From: a virus
Virus record (IMG/VR): IMGVR_UViG_3300015263_000944
Location: 107,395-171,394 of that record
Length of the DNA: 64,000 nt
Reading direction: 5' to 3' (one strand)
Below, one piece after another: positions 48,220-58,667 of this stretch. Made by a program: the position numbers and the translations under genes. How positions within the stretch are numbered: position 1 is the first letter of the stretch; every line of letters starts with the position of its first letter. The notes below the pieces were generated by a model that searched no databases, had not been told where the DNA came from, and was given only the letters and a program-made list of their open reading frames with translations.

Positions 48220-50306
48220 TACAGCATCTTCTCCAAGTCGCCCACGGTGAGGACCGGGATGTTCTTCTCGATGGCTTTCTTCTCCTTGCTGGAGATGCTG
48301 CCAGAGCCGTGCTGCTTCACGACGTAGTTGGTCTTGCTGCCGACCGACGACTGGCAGTTGCCGCCCAACTCAGCGATCCGATCTTCCCAGTGCTTCTTGC
48401 CGAGATCGAAATCGCCAGTGAGTACAAAATTTGTACCGGACAGCTTGCCGGTCTTCGGCATCTCCAGTTCGACGTGGTTCGCCAGCAACGTGCCAATGAT
48501 GCCATCGTTCGTCGAGAAATACTTGACGATGTTCTCGGCTGTGGTCTCACCGATGCCTTCGACTTCGAGCAGTTGTTCCTTCGTGGCCGTGACGATCTTG
48601 TCGAAGTCGCCGAAGTGTGGCACCAACGCCTTGCCTGCCGTCTTGCCCGCACCGGGAATCCCCAGCGACGAGAAGAAGACCCAGCCCTGCACCACCAGCT
48701 TCTCTGAACGGGCCTTCTCGATGGCAGCACGCAGTTTGTCATCGTCCTTCTGTGGCTTGACCTTGAAGATCGTCGCCAGAGCCAACACCGCTTGGCGTTC
48801 GGAGAACCCGGCGTCGAGCAGGTCTTGTTCGGTGAGATCATACAAGGTGTCGAGTGTCTTTACCTTGCCGTGATGGATGATCTGGGCCATGGCGGCTCCA
48901 CCCAGTCCCTTGCAGCCCAACTGCTGCAAGTAGAAGATGAAGCCCTTGATGTGCTTGGCGGCACATGCTTCGTTCTCGCACAGCAAGTCTTTGTTGCCGC
49001 TGGCACTGACTTGCAGCTTCAGCTTGGACTGACAGGTCGGACACTGGGTCGGTGCGCCAATGTCCTTGACCGGCGTGAGAACTTCCATGATGTTCGGGAT
49101 GATCTTGCCGCCCTTCTTCGTCTTCACCTTCGCTCCGGGGCCAAGACCCTGTGCTTCCATCCAACCGTAGTTGTTGCAGGTGGCACGAGTGTTCTCGGTG
49201 TCGGCCAGAACGAACGGTTCGTCGAAGATCGCCGTGGGCACCACACGACCGGTGCGGCTGGCGTTCCATTCGATGGACGAGACGACGGCTTCAGCGGTTT
49301 CCTCTTCGTACTTCCACGCCAACGCACCCCGAGGCTCATTGACCGGATCATCGCCGGTATGACCCAACTCCTCTTGGAGTTCGAGATCGTTGACCTTGAG
49401 CACCACACCATCGGTATAGTATGGCAACTTCGGAGCGTGTGCCTCCATCATTGCCAGATGTTCGAACTTGTGGATGCGGACCTGAACGAAGAAGCCCTTG
49501 CCCTTGTCGTCCTGAAGGTTCAGACCTTCCTCGCTGTTGGCCCACTTCGCCCGTTCCACTTCCGTCTTGTAATACTTCTGCCAGTCATCGAAACCGGTGA
49601 TTGAGTAGAAGCCAATCCGCAGACGTGCATTCTCGGTTTCCTTGGGGTCGTCACGGCCCAGACAGCCAGCCGTGTAGTTGCGGGGGTTCTTGTAAGTGTC
49701 TTCGCCTTCCTCTTCCCGTTCGGCGTTGACCTTATCGAAGTCGTCGAACCAACATTCGATCTCGCCGTTGAGCGATAGCGTGAAGGGGTGCGGAAGCTGC
49801 TTGGGCACACCGAGGATGTTCGGGGCGTGGCGAGTGACATCGGTGCCGTTGATGCCGTCACGGGGCCGCAGACCGGCACTGACGAGTTTGCCCTTCACAT
49901 AGTTGACACGGATGGCAACACCGTCTCGCTTGTATGAACCGGCGAGGGTGAGCTTCTTGGGATCGACGCCGAGACGCTGAGCACATGCCTCGATCCACTT
50001 CTGGTAGATGGCTTCCTTCTCTTCCTGCGTGCCATCCGCCTTGGAGATCGAAGTCATCGGCGGATCGTGGACGACAACATCGCCCTTGGTCTTCGCCGTG
50101 GAAGGGCTGGTGCCCTCGAAGGCGATTGACTTGGGCCGACGAGTCTTCAATTCCCGATGGAGAGCATCATATTCGGGATCGGTGATCTCCGTACCGTCGA
50201 AATCTTCGACGTAGCCATTGAGTTCATATTCGGTGGCCGCATGAATGACCAGCTTTTCGAGTGCGTCCACATCTGCGAATGTACGGCTACCGACTGTGAT
50301 GCTCAT
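48219..50306 (-). CDS. ligA: NAD+-dependent DNA ligase (LigA)
   Basis: KxDG adenylation motif (SYKRDGVAI); Cys4 Zn finger CPTCQS...C..EAC; HhH (GIPGAGKTAGKAL); C-terminal BRCT. Likely start MSITVGS. Confidence 0.85.
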   Translation of the reverse strand: MSITVGSRTFADVDALEKLVIHAATEYELNGYVEDFDGTEITDPEYDALHRELKTRRPKSIAFEGTSPSTAKTKGDVVVHDPPMTSISKADGTQEEKEAIYQKWIEACAQRLGVDPKKLTLAGSYKRDGVAIRVNYVKGKLVSAGLRPRDGINGTDVTRHAPNILGVPKQLPHPFTLSLNGEIECWFDDFDKVNAEREEEGEDTYKNPRNYTAGCLGRDDPKETENARLRIGFYSITGFDDWQKYYKTEVERAKWANSEEGLNLQDDKGKGFFVQVRIHKFEHLAMMEAHAPKLPYYTDGVVLKVNDLELQEELGHTGDDPVNEPRGALAWKYEEETAEAVVSSIEWNASRTGRVVPTAIFDEPFVLADTENTRATCNNYGWMEAQGLGPGAKVKTKKGGKIIPNIMEVLTPVKDIGAPTQCPTCQSKLKLQVSASGNKDLLCENEACAAKHIKGFIFYLQQLGCKGLGGAAMAQIIHHGKVKTLDTLYDLTEQDLLDAGFSERQAVLALATIFKVKPQKDDDKLRAAIEKARSEKLVVQGWVFFSSLGIPGAGKTAGKALVPHFGDFDKIVTATKEQLLEVEGIGETTAENIVKYFSTNDGIIGTLLANHVELEMPKTGKLSGTNFVLTGDFDLGKKHWEDRIAELGGNCQSSVGSKTNYVVKQHGSGSISSKEKKAIEKNIPVLTVGDLEKML

Positions 50307-50373
50307 ATGACGATCTCCTGTTGAATTTGGCGGACCTCTCACATTGTATGGCACGGGAGAGACCCGGTTTAGG

Positions 50374-50691
50374 TCATTTCTTCTTCAGGCGATAGACGAT
50401 CCGACCCCTTGTAATGTCGTAGGGACTGAGTTCGATGTTCACTTCGTCGCCGGGGACGATCTTGATGCCGAATTGACGCATCTTCCCAGCCAGATGTGCG
50501 AGCACTTCATGGGTGGGGCCGTCCTTCTGCAACTGAATTTCGACTCGAAACTTTCCCTTCAGGGATTCGGTCACGACGCCTTCGACGACAAGCCCCTCTT
50601 CTTTCTTGGAGCTTCCGCCGCCACCGCCTTTGTTTCCGCTGTTTTTCGTGTTCTGCTTGGGGGCTGGTTTGCCCTTCTGTTTCTTGGACAT
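50374..50691 (-). CDS. infA: Translation initiation factor IF-1 with N-terminal basic extension
   Basis: [60 protein letters not shown]. Confidence 0.8.
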   Translation of the reverse strand: MSKKQKGKPAPKQNTKNSGNKGGGGGSSKKEEGLVVEGVVTESLKGKFRVEIQLQKDGPTHEVLAHLAGKMRQFGIKIVPGDEVNIELSPYDITRGRIVYRLKKK

Positions 50692-50835
50692 CCTTGTACT
50701 CCGATACATAGAAATCAATGGGCGCATCCGCTGCACCGATCAAAGATTCTATGGCAAAAGACTGCAACTGTAAAGCTCAATGCAAATTTTGGATTGGCCT
50801 GAATAACTACCCTGTAGGACTTTTGCGAGGTAATC

Positions 50836-51276
50836 ATGGCTTCAATCCAATGGGAAGTTGGCTCAGACGCCAACGTAATGACGACTGAGTTGAACTCGTT
50901 GGCCGACGATGCCAACGCTCTCAGCAGCGAAATCGACAATTCGACCAACCTGTATCTCTTTGACGATGTGGAATGGCACAATGCGTCCTTGGGCTATACG
51001 CCCACTGCTGGAGCCGTGATCGAGTTGTACATCATCCAAATTCAGTTGGACGGAACTGGCTATGAAGATGGCGACGGCACCATTGATCCACCTGCATCGA
51101 ACCTCGTCGGTGTTTTCAACATCCGAGCCTCAACCGCCGCTCAAACTCACATTCTGAGACAAATCCCCATCCCACCAGACAAGTTCAAGTATCTGGTTAT
51201 TAACAAGACAGGTGGTACATTGCCGTCGAGCGGCAATACCCTCAGAAGACAGCCTTACAGATACCAGAGCAACTAA
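50836..51276 (+). CDS. Hypothetical protein (plus strand)
   Basis: 146 aa; GAGG RBS. Confidence 0.45.
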   Translation: MASIQWEVGSDANVMTTELNSLADDANALSSEIDNSTNLYLFDDVEWHNASLGYTPTAGAVIELYIIQIQLDGTGYEDGDGTIDPPASNLVGVFNIRASTAAQTHILRQIPIPPDKFKYLVINKTGGTLPSSGNTLRRQPYRYQSN

Positions 51277-51288
51277 CTCAGTTATGGC

Positions 51289-52131
51289 ATGTTGTATGCC
51301 AAACCGACATTTCTGGTCATTTCGGCGGTAGGAGACGATTCTCTTCACAGGTATTGGAGCAAATCCAAGAATTTCGATACCTGTTTGATCTACTACGGCG
51401 ATGGCAACGGCTATCCGCATGAGTCTCGATACTACCGGAAAGACAAAGGCCCCAAGTACCATCTCATCAAGCGAGCTTTGGAACAAATCCCAGAACTCCA
51501 CCGCTACACCTACGTCTGGATGCCAGATGATGACGTGTACTTGGATGCCAGCGGCGTCTCACGACTCTTCGAACTCAGCATGAGGTTCGATCTTCACATC
51601 AGTCAACCCTCTCTCATGGGTTGGTACGGACCCACAGTTCCACTCAACATAGCCGGGGCACTTCTACGATTCACCAACTGGATTGAGATCATGTGTCCGT
51701 GCTTCTCTCGTCATGCTCTGCATATCTGCAAGCAAACCTTCGATGAGAACCAAACAGGATGGAGCATCGATGCTGCATGGAATGTATTGTTGGGCCATCC
51801 TCAAGACAAGTTGGCTATCATAGATGATGTCGTAGCTGTTCATACAAGACCAGTGTTCGGTGGCGACATCTATGACCAACTCGGCCAAGACAAGTTGAAG
51901 GAAGCTTGGAAAGATTCTGACATCATTCGAGAGAAGTACGACTTGGTGGCAGAGACAGACAAGGATTGCGGCACAAAAATTGGACAGGGGGAAATCTACG
52001 GAGTTGTCCAATACTCCGAGATCCAAAAGAAAATGGAAGCAGATTTGCCGAGGAGTGAAAGGTTTTGGCCTCCCGTCCCCGCCCTTCACAAATTCATTGA
52101 AGGGCTCCGCAAACCCACCTCCTATCTGTGA
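51289..52131 (+). CDS. DUF707-like / possible glycosyltransferase-fold protein
   Basis: FLVISAVGDDSL...LIYYGDG pattern. Weak. Confidence 0.35.
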   Translation: MLYAKPTFLVISAVGDDSLHRYWSKSKNFDTCLIYYGDGNGYPHESRYYRKDKGPKYHLIKRALEQIPELHRYTYVWMPDDDVYLDASGVSRLFELSMRFDLHISQPSLMGWYGPTVPLNIAGALLRFTNWIEIMCPCFSRHALHICKQTFDENQTGWSIDAAWNVLLGHPQDKLAIIDDVVAVHTRPVFGGDIYDQLGQDKLKEAWKDSDIIREKYDLVAETDKDCGTKIGQGEIYGVVQYSEIQKKMEADLPRSERFWPPVPALHKFIEGLRKPTSYL

Positions 52132-52868
52132 GACTCTTCTGGGCCAGTCACTCGCCGTGGCGTGTGATGATCCAGAACGTGACCCGGCTTCTTGCCGAGC
52201 AACTCCAGAATGTCTTCCATGCTGAATGGCCGGTACTCACCGAAGATCTTGTAAGCGTTATCCACGCCCACGTCGATGCTTCGTCGTCCCGGAAAGTGCT
52301 TGTCCATTCCCGGTTCAGCCGTTGTATGAGAGTGCCCATACAAGTTGATGGCTCCCCGGTGGGACTTGTCCCAAACAGCGAAAGCGTAGTGGCACAGAAC
52401 AATCTTAAACCTCTGCCCCGGAACCTTCATTGTCACAAGATGGCGAGCCTTCTTGAACAAATGACGAATCTTGTAATCATCGTCACCCGGTTCGTCGCAA
52501 GTGGGTTCGTCGTGGTTGCCCCAGACGATATTCATGTTCTGACATCGAATGCGTCCACGGTAAAACTCGCACTTTCTCACATAGCTGTGTTCTGGTGCGA
52601 AAGCAAAATCGCCGAGGTGCCAGAGAATGTCGTCATCTGCAACATACTTGTTGATGTTGTCTGTGATGACATCATTCATCATGTCAACCGCATCCCGTGA
52701 CATGCGGTGGTTACTGGCGAATTCGCCTTTCCAATTACCGTCGTGCCACTTGCCTCCGTTGGCTTCCAAAGCCTCGATGTCAGGCTTCTTAAGGAATGGC
52801 CGATTGCAATACTTGATGATATTGCCATGGCCGAAGTGGGTGTCGGCGGTAAACCAAACTTTAGGCAT
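52122..52868 (-). CDS. Calcineurin-like metallophosphoesterase
   Basis: ADTHFGH, LGDF and GNHD motifs. Confidence 0.75.
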   Translation of the reverse strand: MPKVWFTADTHFGHGNIIKYCNRPFLKKPDIEALEANGGKWHDGNWKGEFASNHRMSRDAVDMMNDVITDNINKYVADDDILWHLGDFAFAPEHSYVRKCEFYRGRIRCQNMNIVWGNHDEPTCDEPGDDDYKIRHLFKKARHLVTMKVPGQRFKIVLCHYAFAVWDKSHRGAINLYGHSHTTAEPGMDKHFPGRRSIDVGVDNAYKIFGEYRPFSMEDILELLGKKPGHVLDHHTPRRVTGPEESHR

Positions 52869-52943
52869 CCTATGCCTCCTTTCAAAATAAAAAAGGGGAC
52901 AACATTGCTGCCGCCCCCTTATCCCTATGTAGTCCGCTGACTA

Positions 52944-53750
52944 CTAATTCTTCAGTTCCTTCTTGTTCAGAGCATCCGGCTTCACGCCGATGTTGGGCAG
53001 AGGGAGCTTGTTGTCTGGCTTGATCCGAATGCGTGGCTTATCTGCACGCTCGATTTCCCAGACAATGCTGACTGTCATGGAGAAGGAAAGCGATCCCCCA
53101 GAGACAGGTACGTCTGAAGCCGCTTCGGCAACCATCGCCATGCGGGCGTACTTGTAGTTGGGCTGATTATAGCTGCCGCTCTCTGTGATCGTCAAGACAT
53201 CTCCAAGGCTCACATCGAGTCCCTTGGTGTAGATCCTTGCTTTTCGCAGGGCGTCGGCCACCGCTCTCGCTCTGGCTTCGTCCAACAGTTCGTCTGCCTT
53301 GCTGGAACCAAATGTGATCCCATGAACAACATTGGCACCATTCTGAACCACCGCATCCAGCACCTTGCCGAACTGATCCAGATTGCAAACGGTGATGCGA
53401 ACCATGTTGGTCACGACGAACCCGTCAGGCACAGCGTTTCTGTTGCCCTGTTCGTCCTTGATGTACTTGTAGTTCTGCTGGACAGAGAACTGTGTGGTCT
53501 GCACATCCTTCTTCTGAATCTCGAAGACAGACAGTGCTTCGTACACACTCTGCATTGCCTTCGTGTTGTCCCGCACAGCTTCGGCGGATGTCGCCGCCTT
53601 CGTGTTGACGCCGAGGGTGATGTATCCCTCGTCTGGCTGAGCTTCTACAACCCCCGTGCCAGAAAGGGAGATTGTCGATTGGTCTGCGGCATTGACACTA
53701 CTGGTCAACAAGCCGAGAGCCGTTAGTACGGCAAGTGTCATTGTCTTCAT
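52944..53750 (-). CDS. Periplasmic SIMPL/DUF541-like protein
   Basis: Signal peptide. Overall similarity to the 26-kDa periplasmic immunogenic protein family, from memory. Confidence 0.45.
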   Translation of the reverse strand: MKTMTLAVLTALGLLTSSVNAADQSTISLSGTGVVEAQPDEGYITLGVNTKAATSAEAVRDNTKAMQSVYEALSVFEIQKKDVQTTQFSVQQNYKYIKDEQGNRNAVPDGFVVTNMVRITVCNLDQFGKVLDAVVQNGANVVHGITFGSSKADELLDEARARAVADALRKARIYTKGLDVSLGDVLTITESGSYNQPNYKYARMAMVAEAASDVPVSGGSLSFSMTVSIVWEIERADKPRIRIKPDNKLPLPNIGVKPDALNKKELKN

Positions 53751-54354
53751 GATTTACCTCTTCGTGTAACTCGAACCGGTAGGCATCTTCTTTGTACGCT
53801 TCATCCTGAAAGTACACATCTTCAAAGAAGTCCCGGCAAACCCCTGTTGCCTTAAATCCCAAGGACTTCAGGAAGAGATGACCTCCCAGATTCGATTCCC
53901 TTACATAAAACTTGATCGTGTCATATTGGGGCTTTGACATGAGGCGGTCAATCAGAATCTTGCCCAAGCCCTGTCGTCGATGATCAGAACGAATGACGAG
54001 GTTTAAGACACAAATTTCTCTGTCGGCTCTGGACGATTCATAAACAATGTATCCGACAGGATCGTCGTAGTCGCATATTACTAGACCACCCATACGTTCG
54101 TCAACCATCATTTGCTTAATGATTGCTTTTGTCCAAAAGTTTTCGCAACTCTCGCACTCCAACTCGGCAGCGGCAGCATACAGACCCGAGTGCAGCCATT
54201 TGATGAAGTAATGTCCGTTGATCGGCTTGATGATTGGCACGTCGAATCCTTTCTCAGAACCAGAGAACATCCTCCCGCTGGTAGGTGGGTTTGTAAAGAG
54301 TCTCTTCAGGCCAGACCAGAATCGTCTTAATGTATTCAATGTCTTTGCCTTCAA
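53698..54354 (-). CDS. GNAT N-acetyltransferase
   Basis: RRQGLGKILIDRL motif A. Start likely internal. Confidence 0.55.
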   Translation of the reverse strand: MKAKTLNTLRRFWSGLKRLFTNPPTSGRMFSGSEKGFDVPIIKPINGHYFIKWLHSGLYAAAAELECESCENFWTKAIIKQMMVDERMGGLVICDYDDPVGYIVYESSRADREICVLNLVIRSDHRRQGLGKILIDRLMSKPQYDTIKFYVRESNLGGHLFLKSLGFKATGVCRDFFEDVYFQDEAYKEDAYRFELHEEVNHEDNDTCRTNGSRLVDQ

Positions 54355-54862
54355 AAATCCTTACCCACCCAGTGGTTTCCAGCGTTCCTTCCGCAATGCT
54401 GGGACCGGTGTACTTGGTGAAACCGTGTAGAAAACGCTTCACCGCCCTTTTGGTTGGAGTCACATATTGTTGATTGAATAGGGCGTGTTCGTAATTGTCA
54501 TTCTTTAAGTCGTAGACCATACCAGCCCTGATCAAAATGGTCAACAGCGATCTCCTCATTCGACACGCCTTCCAGAACGGCGAAGGCTCTACCCACAGAA
54601 CCGTGTCCCTATTTGTCTCGCTGAATTTCGAGAACTGGGATTGTTTAAGGATCGCTTCGGTTTTGAGCACAAAACTTGCGACATCCACTGACTTCCGGGG
54701 AGGATGCTTAAAGAACCACCCATCTGTGGTTTCGTCCCACGCCCTGCCGAATCTCTCTCGGCAGGTTTCGAACTTCAGTGGCGACTTGTCCAAAGCAAAC
54801 GAACCATTCTCGGCGTCTACGTTTTGGGCATAGATGATTTTCTTGTCTTTGAATTCCACCAT
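54254..54862 (-). CDS. Hypothetical protein
   Basis: 202 aa. Confidence 0.4.
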   Translation of the reverse strand: MVEFKDKKIIYAQNVDAENGSFALDKSPLKFETCRERFGRAWDETTDGWFFKHPPRKSVDVASFVLKTEAILKQSQFSKFSETNRDTVLWVEPSPFWKACRMRRSLLTILIRAGMVYDLKNDNYEHALFNQQYVTPTKRAVKRFLHGFTKYTGPSIAEGTLETTGWVRIFEGKDIEYIKTILVWPEETLYKPTYQREDVLWF

Positions 54863-55974
54863 CAGTCAATCCTCATCCTGTGATTGCACCAATGTCGATT
54901 ATGATGGGCAAAAGGGTAGTAATCGTGATAATCGTCAGCGTCGAACCCATATGGATCATCGTCACATGGTTCACACGGGTTGTGTTGAAGCTGCACTGTG
55001 CGACCCGAGATCACCTTGCATCCCTCAAAAGACTGTTCGGCCAATACAACATCGACATCCATGACAACGGGCCAGATTGGTTGTTTCTTCTTTTTGGTCT
55101 TCTGTGGCTGCTGTGGTTTGTGTGGTTTGTCCCAGACATAAGGCGACGTTTCGTCTTTTGTCTTCATTGACAATGTGTTCTGTAACAACGAAGAACTATT
55201 TTTGCGACAATCCAAAAACAGGTCAATCACAAAATGAACAGAGCGTGAGTTTGAATCGAACCGGTTTGACTTACCATATAAGTGAATCTTGCCGCCATGT
55301 TCGATCCCGCAGCATTCGTCCGAGATAGCCTCGATGTCTCCGCAGAAACGAAACCAGAAATGATGTTGCTTGGGCCATGCTCCCTGCGGCGGTTCGACTC
55401 TTGGATACCTAGCGTATCGATACGACGCATCATCCAGAGCGTGGTCCCAATAGTTGTTCCACGAACGAAGACACAGATGATCGCTCCCCAATTGACCCAA
55501 TCCCAACCCAGAGATCGAGGGCTCCCACTCACAATGCCATTCGTCTTGGTAGCTGAAGCTTAAATCATACACAATGGCTTCGATGACGCTGTGTGGTTTG
55601 ACTCGAAGATCCACGCAGTCGGGATTGATGACCGTGATCTGGTCTGTTTTGTCAGCATTGGTGCAATCCAACAGAATGCCGAGCTTGGAGATTGACTTGT
55701 CGTAGTCAATCCAGATTTCTCCCAAGAAGACATTTGAGTATTCGCTCCACTCATGGATATCAGAACTGTGTGTGAAAAAATAGAGCGTGCGGTTGCCTTC
55801 CTTCTCTTTACGATCAAGCTTCAAATAAGAAGACGAGATTTGCACATCAGCTTTGCCGAAGTAAAAGTCATCTGACAACGATAAAACGACATCTTGGCCC
55901 GGCCTCACATGAACCATATGTTGCTGTGATGTCGGGTCTTGTACTCGTGCAGGGGCATATCTCTTAACAATCAT
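54862..55974 (-). CDS. Hypothetical Cys-rich protein
   Basis: 370 aa. Confidence 0.45.
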   Translation of the reverse strand: MIVKRYAPARVQDPTSQQHMVHVRPGQDVVLSLSDDFYFGKADVQISSSYLKLDRKEKEGNRTLYFFTHSSDIHEWSEYSNVFLGEIWIDYDKSISKLGILLDCTNADKTDQITVINPDCVDLRVKPHSVIEAIVYDLSFSYQDEWHCEWEPSISGLGLGQLGSDHLCLRSWNNYWDHALDDASYRYARYPRVEPPQGAWPKQHHFWFRFCGDIEAISDECCGIEHGGKIHLYGKSNRFDSNSRSVHFVIDLFLDCRKNSSSLLQNTLSMKTKDETSPYVWDKPHKPQQPQKTKKKKQPIWPVVMDVDVVLAEQSFEGCKVISGRTVQLQHNPCEPCDDDPYGFDADDYHDYYPFAHHNRHWCNHRMRID

Positions 55975-56560
55975 TGATCAACTTTTCCAACCAAGATGAA
56001 TGTCCTCTTGCCATTGGCAAAATCTGGTAGTTCAGTACATCCCATTCTCTTCGATGAAATCCCTCCAGATAGCGTCGTGCCTGTCGGAATGCCATGGACC
56101 TGACATTGAAATTGTTCTCAGTGTTGATGCTTTCTTCGATGAGCCGGTGGAAGTCTGGGGCGGTGTTGTGAGCAATCCAGCCATCATAGATGTGCAAAAA
56201 CATCTGCCACGCAACCAACTGCCTCTCCTTCTCTGGGACCACCTTCCAGTGCATGGCCTTCATGCACTTCGCATAAGAAATCATGGCTCGATCATAGTCT
56301 TCCAAAGGAACCACTTCCTCAGCCTTCGTCCACAGAGGAACAAAGAGTTCACCATCCCTATAGCCGTTGTGTACTGGCCTGTGATTCTTCATGTAGAATG
56401 AGCCGGGACTGGAATACATCTTGTCTGTTCTCCACTCAATCTTGCAGACAGCCCAAGAGATCGGGGGCTCCAAGATTTGCAGAAATAGGCTTGAGGGCTC
56501 ATATCGAACGATAGGAACCCTCAGCCTGTTTCTCAAGATGTACTCTTCGTGCAACCTCAT
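55964..56560 (-). CDS. Hypothetical protein
   Basis: 198 aa. Confidence 0.45.
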   Translation of the reverse strand: MRLHEEYILRNRLRVPIVRYEPSSLFLQILEPPISWAVCKIEWRTDKMYSSPGSFYMKNHRPVHNGYRDGELFVPLWTKAEEVVPLEDYDRAMISYAKCMKAMHWKVVPEKERQLVAWQMFLHIYDGWIAHNTAPDFHRLIEESINTENNFNVRSMAFRQARRYLEGFHRREWDVLNYQILPMARGHSSWLEKLINDC

Positions 56561-57102
56561 GCGAAACCAGATCTCTCCAGAAGCGGGGCCAACATGTGCT
56601 TGTTGTAATCGGGCACAATCAAGTAGTCAGGCTCAGGTTCAAGGATGTTATGAGGTTGTTTCTTCTGCTGATCTGGATTGAACGCCTTTAACTGCTTCTC
56701 CAGCTTGTCCAGCGAATCGATCACACGCTCAAGCTCTGGCGGTGGAGATGACTTCACATACGGCTTGGGCGCAGGCGGCAGGAGCTTCGGCATCTCCTTG
56801 AATTCAAGTTTCTCAGAAGGCTCGACCTTCTTGGGTGGTGAGTAGTAGGGCAGCTTCTCTCGATAGTCGTAGATCATGCCACCGTCTTCGCCAAAGTACA
56901 CGACAGGCATAAAGCCGTCGATGATGGGAACTGTAAAATACCGGATTTCACCGTTGGAACGCCTTGTGTATTCCAACGTCGCACAAAATCGATGATTTCC
57001 GCAAAGGTCTCCTAATTGATAGGTGTCGCACTTTGCTCCAGCTTGTAGTTGCGTAGGCAACAGAAACAACAACGTCAACAGCCCACAAACGAGCTTGTTC
57101 AT
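56557..57102 (-). CDS. Secreted hypothetical protein
   Basis: Signal peptide MNKLVCGLLTLLFLLPTQLQA. Confidence 0.5.
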   Translation of the reverse strand: MNKLVCGLLTLLFLLPTQLQAGAKCDTYQLGDLCGNHRFCATLEYTRRSNGEIRYFTVPIIDGFMPVVYFGEDGGMIYDYREKLPYYSPPKKVEPSEKLEFKEMPKLLPPAPKPYVKSSPPPELERVIDSLDKLEKQLKAFNPDQQKKQPHNILEPEPDYLIVPDYNKHMLAPLLERSGFA

Positions 57103-57432
57103 CTACTTCTCCTTAAGTTTTGCGTTCTCAGACTGCAAAAGGTCTGTGACAACCCATTCCCGGCGTTCCTCATCCCAGACGATGGGATATTCTTCCGGCA
57201 TGGTCTCCAGCATATCGAACAACTCACCGTTGGTGCGTGCTTTCTCACACGCCCTTTGAAACAGCAAAGGGTGGATATGCGGATATCTCTTTTTCAATGC
57301 TTCTTGTACTTCGTCCATTCCCATAAGGTATAAGAAAACGCAGTTCCAAGCAATAGATATCTGTGACATGACATTCAAAGAATTCTTACAGATCGCAGAA
57401 GACGGGCAAGGCGGGGGCGACAAGGGCCTCAT
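57103..57432 (-). CDS. Hypothetical protein
   Basis: 109 aa. Confidence 0.4.
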   Translation of the reverse strand: MRPLSPPPCPSSAICKNSLNVMSQISIAWNCVFLYLMGMDEVQEALKKRYPHIHPLLFQRACEKARTNGELFDMLETMPEEYPIVWDEERREWVVTDLLQSENAKLKEK

Positions 57433-57613
57433 GGGCTACGGCAAGTCGTCTAGCGTCAGAAAGCCCTCAGACGGGCAGCCCTTCAAAAATCTCGGCTCTG
57501 TAGCCGGTCAAGAGCCACGACCCAATAGCGGCGGCGGTGGCCCTGCTGGACCCATGATGGGTGGCCCAGCGATGTTTATGAAGAAGATGAAAAAACGGAT
57601 GAAGAAAGCTTAG
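57368..57613 (+). CDS. Small Gly-rich basic protein
   Basis: 81 aa, plus strand. Confidence 0.3.
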   Translation: MTFKEFLQIAEDGQGGGDKGLMGYGKSSSVRKPSDGQPFKNLGSVAGQEPRPNSGGGGPAGPMMGGPAMFMKKMKKRMKKA

Positions 57614-58667
57614 TGTCCTTCCCGTTGATCTGCAAATAGTGATCCGGCGTCTTCCCAGACAACACATCTCTCGTCAAGTCAAGCATGTATCGCTTGAAAG
57701 TTCGATCAAATTGCTCATAGTCGTTGAACTTCAGCACCTCTTTCAAGGCATCAAGGCCACTTTTGTCTGATGCTGTCTTAAGGAATTGGTGGAACGTATC
57801 CTGACCAAACTCCTTGCGGATCATCAGACAGAGACAGAATGCCGATTGGTCAAACAGTCGTTTGTTGGCTTCTGAGAGACTCGCATATTGATCACGGCTC
57901 ATGGTCAGCAGACCTTCGCTGAAATACATGGGCTGGTTGCCTTCCAATCGAGGTTTCAAATCCTTGAGTTCCTCTCGAATCTGACCAAGCGAACCATTCA
58001 GCACAGCAATCCCACGATCCGACCACCATCCAAAATTTGCATTGTACTTCTGCTGGAACTCGGCCATGACTACCTCCGTCAGAGGCACGGGCACAGTGTG
58101 GGACGGGGAACCATTGATGAGCAAAAACACAACAGTTTCCTTGATCTTACCTTCAGGGGTTCGACGCACTTCCACACGACTCGAAGTGAGCTTGAACAGC
58201 TTCTCGAACAAAGCAGGGTCATCGACACAGATCATCTTGCATTCTGTAGAGAAGTCGATGTCATAGAAGCCCCAGCGAGCCAGCATCCAAGTCTTGATTT
58301 GCTCAAGGTGCTTGTGCAAGAATTCCGCTTGAGTGTTGTTGAGAGAAAGCACAGTAAAGTTCTTGCTAGTCCAGCGGTTCCATTCCAGCCCTTCAATGTC
58401 CTTTGGGATATTGCTGGCATTGTGCATCTCGGTTGTGACTTCCAATGGAAGACGAACCTTGGTGATCGGAGTCTCGTCGGCTGCAAACGCAGAACAAGAC
58501 AAGAACAAAAGAATCAGTAGACTTTGCAAGAACTTCACTTTGTGCCTCCAGTGGTTAAGCAGCAAGTTCCCGGAGATCCTGTTCATTCCAGTCGCTCCGA
58601 ATTCGATCCTTGTACTGCTTGATGAGTTGGCTGATTCTGCTTTCGCTGACGCCAAACTTGGCCCCAA
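57576..58667 (-). CDS. Secreted hypothetical protein
   Basis: Internal signal peptide LLILLFLSCSAFA. The start is uncertain. Confidence 0.45.
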   Translation of the reverse strand: MGPSLASAKAESANSSSSTRIEFGATGMNRISGNLLLNHWRHKVKFLQSLLILLFLSCSAFAADETPITKVRLPLEVTTEMHNASNIPKDIEGLEWNRWTSKNFTVLSLNNTQAEFLHKHLEQIKTWMLARWGFYDIDFSTECKMICVDDPALFEKLFKLTSSRVEVRRTPEGKIKETVVFLLINGSPSHTVPVPLTEVVMAEFQQKYNANFGWWSDRGIAVLNGSLGQIREELKDLKPRLEGNQPMYFSEGLLTMSRDQYASLSEANKRLFDQSAFCLCLMIRKEFGQDTFHQFLKTASDKSGLDALKEVLKFNDYEQFDRTFKRYMLDLTRDVLSGKTPDHYLQINGKDTKLSSSVFSSSS

